A stretch of DNA of 64,000 nucleotides from Candidatus Woykebacteria bacterium RBG_13_40_15 (GCA_001816655.1 MHCP01000025.1:78428-142427), one strand, 5' to 3'; positions 53,788 through 64,000 are shown, counted from the first letter of the stretch. The notes: generated by a model from the letters alone, not told the origin. A program made the numbers and translations.

Positions 53788-55034
53788 TGTTTATTTTCTA
53801 AGTATGATTCAATCTCAGCCAAACGATTGTATTTTGCTAGCCGCTCTTTTTGTAAGGGGCAGCCGGCTTTCAAAAAATCGGCATTGACAGCAACGGCTAA
53901 ATCAGAAATGAAGGTATCCATTGTCTCTCCAGCACGGTGAGAAATTATTATTTTCAATTTATTCTCAATAGCCTCTTCAATGAAATCTAGGGTCTCTGTT
54001 AATGTTCCAATTTGGTTCGGTTTAACAATCACGCCATCTATCGAATCGTCGGCTATAATTTTTCTCAATAGATCAACATTAGTTACCGTAAAGTCATCAG
54101 CTATCAAAATGCTGGCGGGAGAGAGTTTTTGTTTCGCCAACTTCCAACTATCAAAATCTTCTTCAAAAAGATCCTCAAAAGAAAATATGTTGTAGCTTTC
54201 CTGTAGTTTCTTATAAAAATCCAATAAATCATTGGCAACGAGGGGATTTTCAATATCTGTTATCTTATATTTTCCATTTTGGTAAAAAGTTGAAGCAGCT
54301 ACATCGATACCAATAGAAAAGAAACTGGCTTTGAAGGTTTCTTCTAAAACTTTTTTTAAGAAATCTATTGCTTTTTCGTTACTAGTAAAACGCGCAGCAA
54401 ATCCGCCTTCCTGTCCCAACTTTCCATCTAAACCATTTCTCTTAAGGGATACTTCCAACTTAGAAATCACTTCACCTACTGCATTTAATTTTTCTTTGGC
54501 AGTCATAAATCCGGTAGGTATAACCAAAAATTCCTGAAAATCAAGGCCACTATTCGCATGCTTCCCTCCTTCAATTAAATTCACCATTGGGGTTGGAACA
54601 GCGAATCCGGTACTTATTTTTGTTAAACCTCGCAAGTATTCGAACAGCTGAAGTTTTTGATTCGCAGCGGTCGAAACTGCTACTGCCAGTGAAACAGAAA
54701 GAATTGCATTTGCACCAAGTTTCGATTTATTCGGGGTGCCGTCAAGAGAAATCATTGTCCTATCAATTTTTTCCTGGTCATCACTATCTGTGCCCTTTAA
54801 ACTGGACTGAATTGGACCAACAACGTTTTCAACTGCCTTCAAAACCCCATTCCCATTAAACCTATTTGGATCTCCATCACGAAGTTCTAACGCCTCGTTG
54901 GTCCCAGTAGAAGTACCTCCCGGCACACAAGCTTCTCCAATTATACCATTGGAAAGAGTTACTGTTGTCTTCAATGTGGGAATACCTCGGGAGTCAAGAA
55001 TTTCTTCCGAGGAGATTTTCTCAATTACACTCAT
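53784..55034 (-). CDS. eno: enolase
   Basis: DSRG.PT, LGANAIL, KPNQIG and SHR motifs. Confidence 0.93.
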   Translation of the reverse strand: MSVIEKISSEEILDSRGIPTLKTTVTLSNGIIGEACVPGGTSTGTNEALELRDGDPNRFNGNGVLKAVENVVGPIQSSLKGTDSDDQEKIDRTMISLDGTPNKSKLGANAILSVSLAVAVSTAANQKLQLFEYLRGLTKISTGFAVPTPMVNLIEGGKHANSGLDFQEFLVIPTGFMTAKEKLNAVGEVISKLEVSLKRNGLDGKLGQEGGFAARFTSNEKAIDFLKKVLEETFKASFFSIGIDVAASTFYQNGKYKITDIENPLVANDLLDFYKKLQESYNIFSFEDLFEEDFDSWKLAKQKLSPASILIADDFTVTNVDLLRKIIADDSIDGVIVKPNQIGTLTETLDFIEEAIENKLKIIISHRAGETMDTFISDLAVAVNADFLKAGCPLQKERLAKYNRLAEIESYLENKQ

Positions 55035-55111
55035 TAGGTTTATCTTATCGTTTCAATAAAATATTTACAAGAGTGGCAAAGCCTATATTCAGCAGAATTA
55101 ATCAAAATTAT

Positions 55112-55891
55112 TTAAAACTTAATGTCCTTTGCAATAGGAATATGAAGGCCGCCTGTAACTGGAAGAACGGCTCCAATAATATAACGAGCTTTTTTATGGT
55201 CTGCTAAAAATAAGCAGGCGTTGGCAATGTCCTGCGGTAATCCAGCCTTTTTGCCGAGTGGGACATCTCCCTGCCTTCTTGGTTTCTTCTCCGCCTCAAC
55301 ATCAATGTGCCCTGGAGCGATCGCATTGACACGAATTTTTCTCTTAGCAAGTTCTAGTGCTAAATTCATTACTAAATTATTTATCGCCGCCTTACTACTA
55401 TCGTAAGTTGGATCCAAAGAAGGGTGTTTAGCATGGATTGATGTAATAAAAATAACATTCCCCCCCTCCCTCATTTTTTCGGTAACTTTCTGCGTAAGGA
55501 AAAAGGGGCCTTTTAGCCCAGTGGAAAAAACAAAATCAAAATCTGCCTCTTTTGTGTGAGGAAATTTTCTAACCAACCCAACTCCAACATTATTCACCAA
55601 AATATCTATATTTCCAATTTCAGCTTTTACCTTTTTCAAGAAAGAGTCTATTTTGTTTATTCTTGTAATATCAAAAACCTCAGCCAATAACTTTTTACCA
55701 GTATGAATTTTTTTAATCTCCTCTAAAACCTCTGTTACTTTTTCCTTATCTTTATCAAAAAACACAACATCAGCACCACTCTTTGCAAAGGCAATTGCTA
55801 TTTCTTTCCCAATACCCTTTCCAGCACCGCTTATTAAAATATTTTTGTTTTTAAAAATTTGTTCCATAACAGCCTTTGGGGGAAAATTCAA
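55112..55891 (-). CDS. SDR family oxidoreductase
   Basis: GAGKGIG, LVNN and YxxxK motifs. Confidence 0.92.
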   Translation of the reverse strand: MNFPPKAVMEQIFKNKNILISGAGKGIGKEIAIAFAKSGADVVFFDKDKEKVTEVLEEIKKIHTGKKLLAEVFDITRINKIDSFLKKVKAEIGNIDILVNNVGVGLVRKFPHTKEADFDFVFSTGLKGPFFLTQKVTEKMREGGNVIFITSIHAKHPSLDPTYDSSKAAINNLVMNLALELAKRKIRVNAIAPGHIDVEAEKKPRRQGDVPLGKKAGLPQDIANACLFLADHKKARYIIGAVLPVTGGLHIPIAKDIKF

Positions 55892-55899
55892 AAGGTAAA

Positions 55900-56541
55900 T
55901 TACTTCTTTAATTCCGAGTCGATTATTTCCTTGAACTGATCAAAAGATAACGCTCCTTCGTGTTTTACTCCATTTATAAAGAATGTAGGTGTGGCCGCAA
56001 CTCCTAGCTTTTCCCCATCAGAAACATCCATTAAAACTGCGTCTTTACTTGTTTTAGACTCCATAGCTTTTTCGAATTCATCGATATTAAGATCTAACTC
56101 TTTAGCATAAGAAATAAGAGACTCTCGATCTAGTTTTGTTTGATTTTCGTAAATAAGTCCACAATAATCCCAATATTTTCCTTGCTTACCCGCTGCTTCT
56201 GCGGCTACCGCAGCGTCAATCGAGTATTGATTACCACCTAAAGGAAAGTTCCGAAAGACAAAACGGACTTGGCTTTCTTCATAGGAATCCAAAACTTGGC
56301 TTATAACTGAATAGACTCTAGCACAATGCGAGCATTGAAAATCTGAAAACTCTACAATTGTCACCTTTGCATCTTTTGCACCCAATATGTGGCTGCTTCC
56401 TCTTACTAATAATTCTGTATTTGATTCAGATCTACTATTTTTATTGGCTGAAGATAAAAACAAAAATCCCAATACTACTATAATTGCTACTAGGAACAGT
56501 CCGCCAAAGAACATTTTGTCTGATTCAAGTATTTTTCGCAT
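55900..56541 (-). CDS. DsbA-family thioredoxin
   Basis: DFQCSHC and TPTFFING motifs. Confidence 0.92.
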   Translation of the reverse strand: MRKILESDKMFFGGLFLVAIIVVLGFLFLSSANKNSRSESNTELLVRGSSHILGAKDAKVTIVEFSDFQCSHCARVYSVISQVLDSYEESQVRFVFRNFPLGGNQYSIDAAVAAEAAGKQGKYWDYCGLIYENQTKLDRESLISYAKELDLNIDEFEKAMESKTSKDAVLMDVSDGEKLGVAATPTFFINGVKHEGALSFDQFKEIIDSELKK

Positions 56542-56944
56542 AAAAGTAATCCCGCAAAACAATAATAAATATCAGTGTACTTATAGCCGCTGAAGCCAAG
56601 CACCAATCGCAATAAGCTTTAATAACAAAGGCTTCTAGTAGTGTTAAATATACTGAGTACAAAAAACCAAATGCCGAAACCACTATTATAAGCCTTTTTA
56701 GCAAAATTGTAAAAAATTTATCGAGTATTTGTAGGGCTAAAGATAAAAATATCAACATGAGATAAAAAATAATACCAAATAAGGGTTGCGGTACGCCAAA
56801 CAAGTTAGCATAGCTACTACTTCTCACTGCATCACAACCATGAGTTGTACACGCAATACTAGAACCGGACAAATAAGTCCAGGCTAAATATGTGGAAACC
56901 GCAAGTCCTGCGGCTGATAAAAGCAAAATCACTTTTTTTGACAT
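56525..56944 (-). CDS. vitamin K epoxide reductase family protein
   Basis: C...GC..V..S.Y and CDWC motifs; adjacent to DsbA. Confidence 0.92.
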   Translation of the reverse strand: MSKKVILLLSAAGLAVSTYLAWTYLSGSSIACTTHGCDAVRSSSYANLFGVPQPLFGIIFYLMLIFLSLALQILDKFFTILLKRLIIVVSAFGFLYSVYLTLLEAFVIKAYCDWCLASAAISTLIFIIVLRDYFYAKNT

Positions 56945-57044
56945 AAATTTTGCGTTAAGTTTACAATAGAGCGCGCGCCTGGTCAATATGATCAGGGGCA
57001 AGACTCTCGAAGAAGTCTTGCCCCTCGTTCTGGCAATTGATCCC

Positions 57045-58112
57045 TTAACTCAACCCTCCTATCGCAACTCCCCGGAAGCTTATCCGATAACCCTCACTAA
57101 CAGCTTTGAGGAACGGAAGGTTTTCTGGCGTAACGGCCGCCATCAAACCCCCATTGACAATTTGGCCTGGGGTAAACGCAGCGATTGTTCCCTGCCGACC
57201 TCGTTGGGCGAAGGTACTCACTGCAAGTCTCATCGCTCGGGCATCACGACCTATGTACATTAGCTGGGAACGGTCGCATACCCTACCCTTGCCATTGACC
57301 ATTACCGACAGGCCCTGGTCGGCGAGAAGCTCAACACACTTCACATCGGTCTGACTGTCCCCAACATAGACCGCCCTTTCTCTTGGTATATCGCAATTGC
57401 GAAGATGCCTCTCCAACGCATCCCTCTTCTGCGCCTGGCCTACTGGATGAACGGCTGTCAGGAAGTGATGACCAACCTGCGTACCATATACTTCCCGCCA
57501 AACGATTTCCTTCAGCCGCTCCGCGTACTGACGACTGTCCTCATACACGCACCCTTCCTTATCGAATTCGACGAGCGGCATACTAGCGACTTCCTTCATC
57601 AGGGCCAAAAGGTGTTTCTGATGCCCAATTGGCACGGACACCCTCTCAAAGTCACCAACAACCGTACAGGTAGCACGGTCGAAGGGAAAGCCGACGGCGT
57701 CGCAGAAGGCTCTGACGAAGAAGTCGTAGCTTGTTGAGATCAACCCCGTTTTGTAAGCTCCGTTGAGGAATCGAAGAACTTCCCCAGTGTGTGGAACAAC
57801 TCGCAGACTTCGGCGTGAGAAACCGTAGAGCCAACTGTCCCCAACACCTGCTACCGCCACCATTGCCCTTAAGAATGGAAGGATTACCTTCAGGGTATGG
57901 CCCGCAGAGTAGGTTCGGTCTATATCAGCGACAAGTGCGAAATCCCCCCAAAGATCATCGATGTTACTGATTGCCTCAAAGAACTTCCGCCCAACCGCTG
58001 CCCCCAATCCACAGAGCCTTGCCAAGGCCACTGTCAGTTCGAAGGCGTTATCGTTTCGAACTAGAGGTCCTTCGACATCAAGATCAACAGCTATTTTATT
58101 TGTAGGCTGCAT
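57045..58112 (-). CDS. HAD-like hydrolase (EhaR-like)
   Basis: D.EGPL..NDNAFEL, ISTSY and YVGDS.TD motifs; GC-rich; SD-led. Confidence 0.75.
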   Translation of the reverse strand: MQPTNKIAVDLDVEGPLVRNDNAFELTVALARLCGLGAAVGRKFFEAISNIDDLWGDFALVADIDRTYSAGHTLKVILPFLRAMVAVAGVGDSWLYGFSRRSLRVVPHTGEVLRFLNGAYKTGLISTSYDFFVRAFCDAVGFPFDRATCTVVGDFERVSVPIGHQKHLLALMKEVASMPLVEFDKEGCVYEDSRQYAERLKEIVWREVYGTQVGHHFLTAVHPVGQAQKRDALERHLRNCDIPRERAVYVGDSQTDVKCVELLADQGLSVMVNGKGRVCDRSQLMYIGRDARAMRLAVSTFAQRGRQGTIAAFTPGQIVNGGLMAAVTPENLPFLKAVSEGYRISFRGVAIGGLS

Positions 58113-58237
58113 TCCTTCCCTCCTCGTAACGATATATTTCTCGCCTCCTGATGTAATGTACTAAGGAAATAAATAATACGTTCGCTATCCCACTCTTTCC
58201 AAAATAATTTGTAATTCCAAATCGCCAAGAAATAATT

Positions 58238-59530
58238 TTATTGCTTTAGTGGTTCTGGGGGAACTGTTACTATTCGATTTTTCCTCATCTTATAACAACT
58301 AAAGCCTGCTGCACCAATAGCCAATAGTGCCAGTAGGCCAAGGAGAGAATAGAAGTAAAAATTGCTTTTTACTAAGACAAGGGTTCCACTTATAGTAGCC
58401 GAAGCAGTCGCTCCATTTAAGGAAAGTGCATTAACTACTATGTAATTGAGCCCTTCTACCAAATCAAGCTTAGTTTCAAATTGTCCAGAAACTGTTGAAA
58501 CTTTTATTTTACCCAAATTTCGATTATTTAATTTTGCCGAAACAGAAGCTGTTGGATCGCTAACCACCCCTTTTAAGGTAATTTGTTTATCATGCACCTC
58601 AAAGTTATTTGAAGGTTCGGTTACACTAACTGACGGTGCCGCTTTAAAAACGGAAAAATGAGTCACATCAAAGGTAAGGGTACCTTTTGCGTACTTAATG
58701 TTTGAAACGATACTTTTATCTTCCTTGCCATTGACCAAAACTCGCGGGGTCGCTATCCAAGGTAGGCCTTTCATAGTTACCGACGCTTTTTTGTTTAGCT
58801 CTGGCAAGGAACTTGAATTTAAATCAACTATAGCAGTCGTCCCCAGCCTAACGTACTCGTCAAGCTTTTTAAATTTTTCCTTTACTTCTTTCGAAGAAAG
58901 ATTCACCGGTTCTTTAAACTTCAGTGTTGCTTTTTTCGTATCAAGTATCAAACCCTCTACTTTGGTGGTGTCGCTAATTTTCTTCAAATCGGTTGTTTGA
59001 CTTCCCGCCTCATGAAAGACAGCAGGCAAAGTAATATCTTTTATTGTTTCGGGAGGGGGTGGGACATATTTTGATAAATAAACTGTCGGTATTTCACCCT
59101 GATAATGGCTTATTGAAACAGTTTTTGTCTGGTAACCGCTTTTGGAAATAATAACCTGCATCGACGCTGCTTCTTGGCAGCTAATCATATAAAAACTGCC
59201 AGTATCAGTGAAAAAGTAGTCTGACCCAGAGTCGCCGCAGTGGAATGAAGCTTTATTAACGACTTCGGCAGTTGCCCCATTGATATAGGACTCATTCGTA
59301 GTCCCAGGTAACACTGCTCCCAAAACAGCTTCCTTCAAATGAAATTTATAATGGTAATTTTGGACTGTCGCGGTCAAGACATTACCTTGCAGAAGCTGAG
59401 CAAAATTTGTGTTTCTGTTTGCCTCTTCCTTATCAGATTTTGATCTGAGTGTTAAGAAATCCAAAACAACAAAAGCAAGGAGCAAAAGTGAAAGTAGAAA
59501 AATAATCCGAGCAGTCCTTATACTCATCAA
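58238..59530 (-). CDS. surface protein with Ig-like domains, N- and C-terminal TM
   Basis: SKSGY, F.VTHFS and L.EG.N.I.V.A patterns. Confidence 0.75.
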   Translation of the reverse strand: MMSIRTARIIFLLSLLLLAFVVLDFLTLRSKSDKEEANRNTNFAQLLQGNVLTATVQNYHYKFHLKEAVLGAVLPGTTNESYINGATAEVVNKASFHCGDSGSDYFFTDTGSFYMISCQEAASMQVIISKSGYQTKTVSISHYQGEIPTVYLSKYVPPPPETIKDITLPAVFHEAGSQTTDLKKISDTTKVEGLILDTKKATLKFKEPVNLSSKEVKEKFKKLDEYVRLGTTAIVDLNSSSLPELNKKASVTMKGLPWIATPRVLVNGKEDKSIVSNIKYAKGTLTFDVTHFSVFKAAPSVSVTEPSNNFEVHDKQITLKGVVSDPTASVSAKLNNRNLGKIKVSTVSGQFETKLDLVEGLNYIVVNALSLNGATASATISGTLVLVKSNFYFYSLLGLLALLAIGAAGFSCYKMRKNRIVTVPPEPLKQ

Positions 59531-59593
59531 TAAGATGATAAAGTAACAACAATCTACCTGTCAAGCAAGAAATCTGCTTAATTAAAAGATGAA

Positions 59594-59902
59594 CTAGCCA
59601 TCCGTTCTTTCTAGAATAGTTTTCTTCTTAAATGCTCCTTTTTCGTTTGCTTTTTTCTGTCTTATTAATTCAATTTTTCTTTTATCGATACCTTTTAGGT
59701 CGCAAATCGCGTAGATTATTTCAAGTAAATCTGCCAGTTCTTCAACACTACTATTTCTTTTAAATTCTTCAATTTCCTCTGCTAATTTTTCAATTAGTTT
59801 TTGCTCGAATTCTTTCTTACCCGCTTTGTGGGTAACAGGTTTTAAATTGGATTTTTTAATTATTTCCGGAATTTTGTCTCTTACCAATTTGTTATACTCC
59901 AT
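59594..59902 (-). CDS. all-alpha NTP pyrophosphohydrolase family
   Basis: YNKLVRDKIP, KL.EE and EELAD motifs. Confidence 0.88.
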   Translation of the reverse strand: MEYNKLVRDKIPEIIKKSNLKPVTHKAGKKEFEQKLIEKLAEEIEEFKRNSSVEELADLLEIIYAICDLKGIDKRKIELIRQKKANEKGAFKKKTILERTDG

Positions 59903-60014
59903 TGCTTGCAGTATAACAGATATTTAACGAAATAAATTGGAGGGGTGGGCAGGTTTGGCACGATCATCCACTCCTCTCCTTCTGGTTTTGCCTAGGTTAT
60001 TATCATAACACTTT

Positions 60015-60296
60015 TCACAGCCTTTGCCCCGCTTCCATCCGCCTCTCCTCTTCTCGACGGTAAGCTGCATCTGCTGCGTACAAACTAGCTGCGGCTGCAG
60101 AAGCGATCACTACTACGGTTACCCCTGCAAACAGCTTCTCCAAATGAAGCCAACCAGCACCAACCACTGCAGCCTCAGCTACGGCCAGTGTAGCGAGCAC
60201 AATGCCAAGCACTAGCATCTGGAGACTCCTACTCTCTCGAACTGCCCAATAAAACTCCCAAAGGAGCCACATCTTCTTATCTCTCCTTTCCGTCAC
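60015..60296 (-). CDS. orphan 2-TM protein
   Basis: Hydrophobic segments; GC-rich. Confidence 0.55.
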   Translation of the reverse strand: MTERRDKKMWLLWEFYWAVRESRSLQMLVLGIVLATLAVAEAAVVGAGWLHLEKLFAGVTVVVIASAAAASLYAADAAYRREEERRMEAGQRL

Positions 60297-60454
60297 CGGA
60301 ACTAGTCATTAACCAATATATCAGACTCGCTATGGAAGAGCATACTATATAAATTAAGTAAAAGAAACTTAACAGAATTTACTGCAATAAATAAATGATT
60401 AAATGAAAAAAGTGTGTACACACCAGGAGTGTACCTTTATGAATTACTGAAGGC

Positions 60455-60952
60455 TTACAGGCCGAAGAATTCGAGTTGATAGCGGGTTCCCTCTTCAATC
60501 AAACGGGATTTGTGAATCTTGACAAGTCTACTCCCCCTTCTAAAAAACTCTTTGATCATCACAAAGTCGCTTGGAATAATTATTTTCTTATTCTTTTTAA
60601 TTTCTTCTAACGTAAACCAGTGCAGCTTCCCTTCATCACCCTCCTTTATTTTTCCGCCCTTTAACTTCGTCTCACAAACAAAAAGTAAAAAATGAGCTTT
60701 CCGCACTTTATCAGCTGAGATAAATTCTTCAACAATCCCTCTCAACGATTCGAAGCTCACTTCGAGCCCTGTTTCTTCTTCGAGTTCTCTTACAATCGCT
60801 TTGTCATAGTCTTCGCCAAATTCGATTTTTCCACCGGCCATACCCCAGTGCTCCACAAAAGGTTCTTTGTTTCTTTTTATTAGAAGGAGTTTGCCACTTT
60901 TAACAATTGCCCCAATAACTACATTTAAAATCTTCGGCTTTTCTGCTTCCAC
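60455..60952 (-). CDS. NUDIX hydrolase
   Basis: GGKIEFGE...RELEEETG Nudix box. Confidence 0.93.
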   Translation of the reverse strand: MEAEKPKILNVVIGAIVKSGKLLLIKRNKEPFVEHWGMAGGKIEFGEDYDKAIVRELEEETGLEVSFESLRGIVEEFISADKVRKAHFLLFVCETKLKGGKIKEGDEGKLHWFTLEEIKKNKKIIIPSDFVMIKEFFRRGSRLVKIHKSRLIEEGTRYQLEFFGL

Positions 60953-61026
60953 AGCAGAATTATATCACGAAGTTTAATTTTTGGTGGGTGATCTCCCTCC
61001 TTTCCAAAAGAGTCCCCACAAAGTCT

Positions 61027-61224
61027 CTAGTAGATCCAGCCTTTACAGTGTGCCCAGTGGAAGATACAGGCAAAAAGACCGATGGCAAAAAAGCCTGCGC
61101 CAAAAGCCGCTACATTCAAGGTTGAGATATCCTCCGATGTCAAATGGAAACATATCGCCAACAGGAACAAGGCAAAGGCAACTAAGACCCCAACGTGTGC
61201 GAGAAAAACTTGCAAGTCTCTCAT
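61027..61224 (-). CDS. small 2-TM orphan
   Basis: MRDLQVF... with SD GGGGAG. Confidence 0.55.
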   Translation of the reverse strand: MRDLQVFLAHVGVLVAFALFLLAICFHLTSEDISTLNVAAFGAGFFAIGLFACIFHWAHCKGWIY

Positions 61225-61442
61225 TTCTATCTCCCCCTTCTGCAAATTAGATTCTGACAGGAAACAATATGCCGGATAAAATCCTAGCGTATTATACACC
61301 AAAACAAAATACGGAGATCTAGAACAAAAAGTAACTTCTATAAGTCTTAAGTTTAGTGTAAAATCATCTCCAATCAAGCAAATGCTTAGCTGGCACACTG
61401 ACAACAAAACACGCCACACCTTTCGAAAGGAAGGGATCTGAT

Positions 61443-62195
61443 ATGGAGAGAGTCGTTATCAACGTCGATGCTATCAAGCAAAGGATCTCCAGATTTGAGC
61501 AACTCGCCCAACAAGCCACCACTAGTGGCGATAGAGACAAAGCATGGCGGCTTAAAAACCAAATTGAGACCTATAGACGAGTGCTGCGCCTACTGGACGA
61601 ACTCAAAAAGGCGGGGCTTGCGCAGCAGTTTGACCAATCATCAATACCACTGCGCAGCCTCTCAAACGCTAAATCAACCTCCTTCCGGCAAAAACCGGAA
61701 CGAAAGAAAACGCATCTCAGGCGAAGACGGAAAACGACTATAAGAATATCCAGTCTCATACTCGGCGAACGCCTACAGGTAATGGAGGCTGCACTTTTTG
61801 GCGAGTACAGAAGCTACCAAGAGCTGGGATCGGTCTTTTGGCCCAACGAACTGGAGTCAAAAGGGCTAAAGTACGTCGCAGGTAAGGCTTCCCAGCTAAT
61901 ACAGCAAGGCTTCTGGAGAATGAGCAGAGTTCTGGAAAACGGAGAGAAGGGATTAGCTCGTCTTGATCTACCAGAGATCGAAAAAGCCTTTTACCAAAGG
62001 GTTCTTCAGGAATACGGACCTGATGCCATCAAGGTAATTTCCAGGGGGCTTGGTATACGAGACCTGGACGGAAAAAGAAAAAGCAGCGATAGCCTACGGC
62101 GACTTCGAGAGGATATTGCCTCAGGTAAAGGGCTGAAGGTTGGAGATCGAATTTCAATTGCGAGCCAGAAGGGAGAGGAGCCGCCGCCTTGGTAG
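61443..62195 (+). CDS. orphan basic protein
   Basis: 250 aa; SD AAAGGA; N-terminal coiled coil. Confidence 0.65.
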   Translation: MERVVINVDAIKQRISRFEQLAQQATTSGDRDKAWRLKNQIETYRRVLRLLDELKKAGLAQQFDQSSIPLRSLSNAKSTSFRQKPERKKTHLRRRRKTTIRISSLILGERLQVMEAALFGEYRSYQELGSVFWPNELESKGLKYVAGKASQLIQQGFWRMSRVLENGEKGLARLDLPEIEKAFYQRVLQEYGPDAIKVISRGLGIRDLDGKRKSSDSLRRLREDIASGKGLKVGDRISIASQKGEEPPPW

Positions 62196-62242
62196 GGAAA
62201 CCGACAGGTGGCGTCTCTTTATCTAGAGCACAGATGTTCGGG

Positions 62243-62641
62243 TTATCTCTCCCACTTCTTTACATGAGGAGAAAAATCTACTTGGTACTCTGGTATCCCT
62301 AGGGAAATCCCGTACTTACTGGCCTCGTCATATTGATCTTTGTTTGTCCTATCAATAAAGAAAACTTTATTTGGAAAAATAATGTAGTGGTGGGTTTCAT
62401 TTTTGAAATCAGCGTACCAGGATCCTTCGTGTTTCGTGTCAAGAGATTTGCTAATTTCCCCTGCCACCTCTTTTGCCTGATCGGAAGGCACTTCAACAAG
62501 ATGTAAAGTCCACTGCCCCAACCAAGGAGTCTTGTGCTTTTCAGTCACTTTCTCAACTCTCATCGAAATGATCTTTACCTTTTTGAGAACTTCTTTGTTA
62601 CTTAGAGACTCCTCAATAATATCCCCTTTATAATTACCCAT
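62243..62641 (-). CDS. hypothetical protein
   Basis: 132-aa AT-rich ORF; leaderless-type start. Confidence 0.75.
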   Translation of the reverse strand: MGNYKGDIIEESLSNKEVLKKVKIISMRVEKVTEKHKTPWLGQWTLHLVEVPSDQAKEVAGEISKSLDTKHEGSWYADFKNETHHYIIFPNKVFFIDRTNKDQYDEASKYGISLGIPEYQVDFSPHVKKWER

Positions 62642-62853
62642 AGCTTGTATCTTACAACAAAAATGATTTTATTAGAATCTAGAAATCTTTTTATCCTGTA
62701 GCCTTTTTAAGTGATATTTACTAAAATTTTCCTTGCATTCTTTTTTGACGCAAATTATTATTGTACCCATTAACCTCCCCACCTATCGCTGTTAGGAATG
62801 GAAAGAGTGAGCAGGGATCAAGCTGATTAAAATCGAAGCAAGGGGAGGGATCA

Positions 62854-63105
62854 ATGGAAACTGCACCAACATTACGGCAAACAGCCCACCTACCACCAGA
62901 TCTCGATCGCTTGTTAAGCGTTAGAGAAGTAGCAAACAAACTAGGCATCGCTCCAATCACAGTACTACGACACATAAGGAGCGGCGACCTGAAAGCGATC
63001 GACTTTGGCACCGAATACTTGATCCACAGTGACGAAGTGGAGAGGTTCAGATCGAAGGGTTACAAGAAGACACGAGGGCGAAGGGCCAAAAGGAGGTTGT
63101 TATGA
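62854..63105 (+). CDS. excisionase-type helix-turn-helix protein
   Basis: LLSVREVA..LG....TV...IRSG.L.A motif; SD GGGAGG; hairpin at 63132-63164. Confidence 0.85.
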   Translation: METAPTLRQTAHLPPDLDRLLSVREVANKLGIAPITVLRHIRSGDLKAIDFGTEYLIHSDEVERFRSKGYKKTRGRRAKRRLL

Positions 63106-63262
63106 CCTCCTATGCAAAGAGATCACCACAAGAAGGGCTTGGCATAAGCTACGCTGAGCCCTTCAAAGTATATTAATTATCAAATTTTGTATCTTATACC
63201 AAAAATGCTAGGATTGCTACTGACTATGAAAATGTATTAACGATGGGTGTTAACCAAACACT

Positions 63263-63940
63263 CTACCCCTTGTCTTTTTCCAAACGTAGTTTACCGTCTT
63301 TCATTTCGACTACTTTATTCGCAAATTCTTTAGCGTAATCAGAGTGCGTCACAATTATCACTGTTTGTTTTTTCTCCCGATTTAAGCTTTTTAATATATC
63401 CAGTATCTCCCTACCGGTCCTGCTGTCCAAATTACCGGTAGGCTCATCAGCTAAAATAATTTCTGGGTCGTTGATGAGGGAGCGGGCCACTGCCACTCTT
63501 TGCTGTTCTCCGCCAGAAAGTAGGCTCGGAAGATGGTTTGCCCGCTCGGAAAGGCCAACTTTTTCCAGTACTTCTAGGGCTTTATTTTTATCGCCCTTAC
63601 CTCTTTTCGCAATCGCTGCTTCTACATTTTGTCGCGCGGTTAGTGTCGGAATTAGATTGAAACTTTGGAAAATAAATCCAAGTTTATGTTGTCTCAGTTC
63701 AGCTAATTTACCATCGCTCAGACGATTTATCTCTTTGTCTTCGATTTTAATTTCTCCACCGGTTGGCTTATCTAAGCAGCCTAGCAACTGAAGGAGTGTA
63801 CTCTTTCCACTTCCCGAGGGGCCAATAATTACTAGAAAATCGCCTTCTTGAACAGAAAGGTTTATCCCATCCACCGCTCTTATAGTTGCCCCACCTTGTT
63901 TATATAATTTTGTTAGATCTTTTAATTCTATTACTGACAT
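63263..63940 (-). CDS. ABC transporter ATP-binding protein (LolD/MacB-like)
   Basis: GPSGSGKS, LSGGEQQR and DEPTGNLD motifs. Confidence 0.95.
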   Translation of the reverse strand: MSVIELKDLTKLYKQGGATIRAVDGINLSVQEGDFLVIIGPSGSGKSTLLQLLGCLDKPTGGEIKIEDKEINRLSDGKLAELRQHKLGFIFQSFNLIPTLTARQNVEAAIAKRGKGDKNKALEVLEKVGLSERANHLPSLLSGGEQQRVAVARSLINDPEIILADEPTGNLDSRTGREILDILKSLNREKKQTVIIVTHSDYAKEFANKVVEMKDGKLRLEKDKG

Positions 63941-63941
63941 A

Positions 63942-64000
63942 TTAAAGTTGCCTCAATGCTTCTTGTGGTTTCATTTTTGATGCTCTAAAGGAAGCGATCA
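63942..64000 (-). CDS. ABC permease C-terminus (partial)
   Basis: ...RASKMKPQEALRQL* is a typical FtsX/MacB-type ending. Confidence 0.75.
   Translation of the reverse strand, partial: IASFRASKMKPQEALRQL

Noticed and set aside
53784-55034. Enolase substitutions (GQEGG, SHRAGET) as loss of function
   Set aside because: The main catalytic and Mg-binding residues appear retained and the gene is coupled to gpmI.

Overview
This window looks like part of an AT-rich Patescibacteria (CPR, Microgenomates-like) chromosome using the standard genetic code; the taxonomy is inferred from gene content and repeat types. Core genes include uvrA/B/C, lexA, lon, yidC, secG, pyrD, sod, a 2-oxoacid:ferredoxin oxidoreductase pair, acsA, gpmI, eno, rsmI, DsbA/VKOR and a PAS kinase-regulator pair, plus 11 intact-looking tRNA genes. 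Many GC-richer orphan genes are interspersed. Five things stand out. (1) A variable region at about 8.2-16.8 kb beside tRNA-His, where toxin-antitoxin, Fic and orphan genes are bracketed by three families of short conserved sites, as in a cassette array. (2) A ~1 kb RNA island at 37.7-38.8 kb with a ~300-nt structured RNA, D-arm-less tRNA mimics, tRNA-Ile(UAU) and aberrant tRNAs. (3) A complete tRNA-Val nested inside the anticodon loop of another tRNA-Val. (4) A second promoter-driven ~280-nt ncRNA candidate at 13.4-13.6 kb. (5) Small palindromic elements that invade tRNAs, promoters, the cassette sites and uvrA. All calls were made by eye; no searches or folding programs were run.
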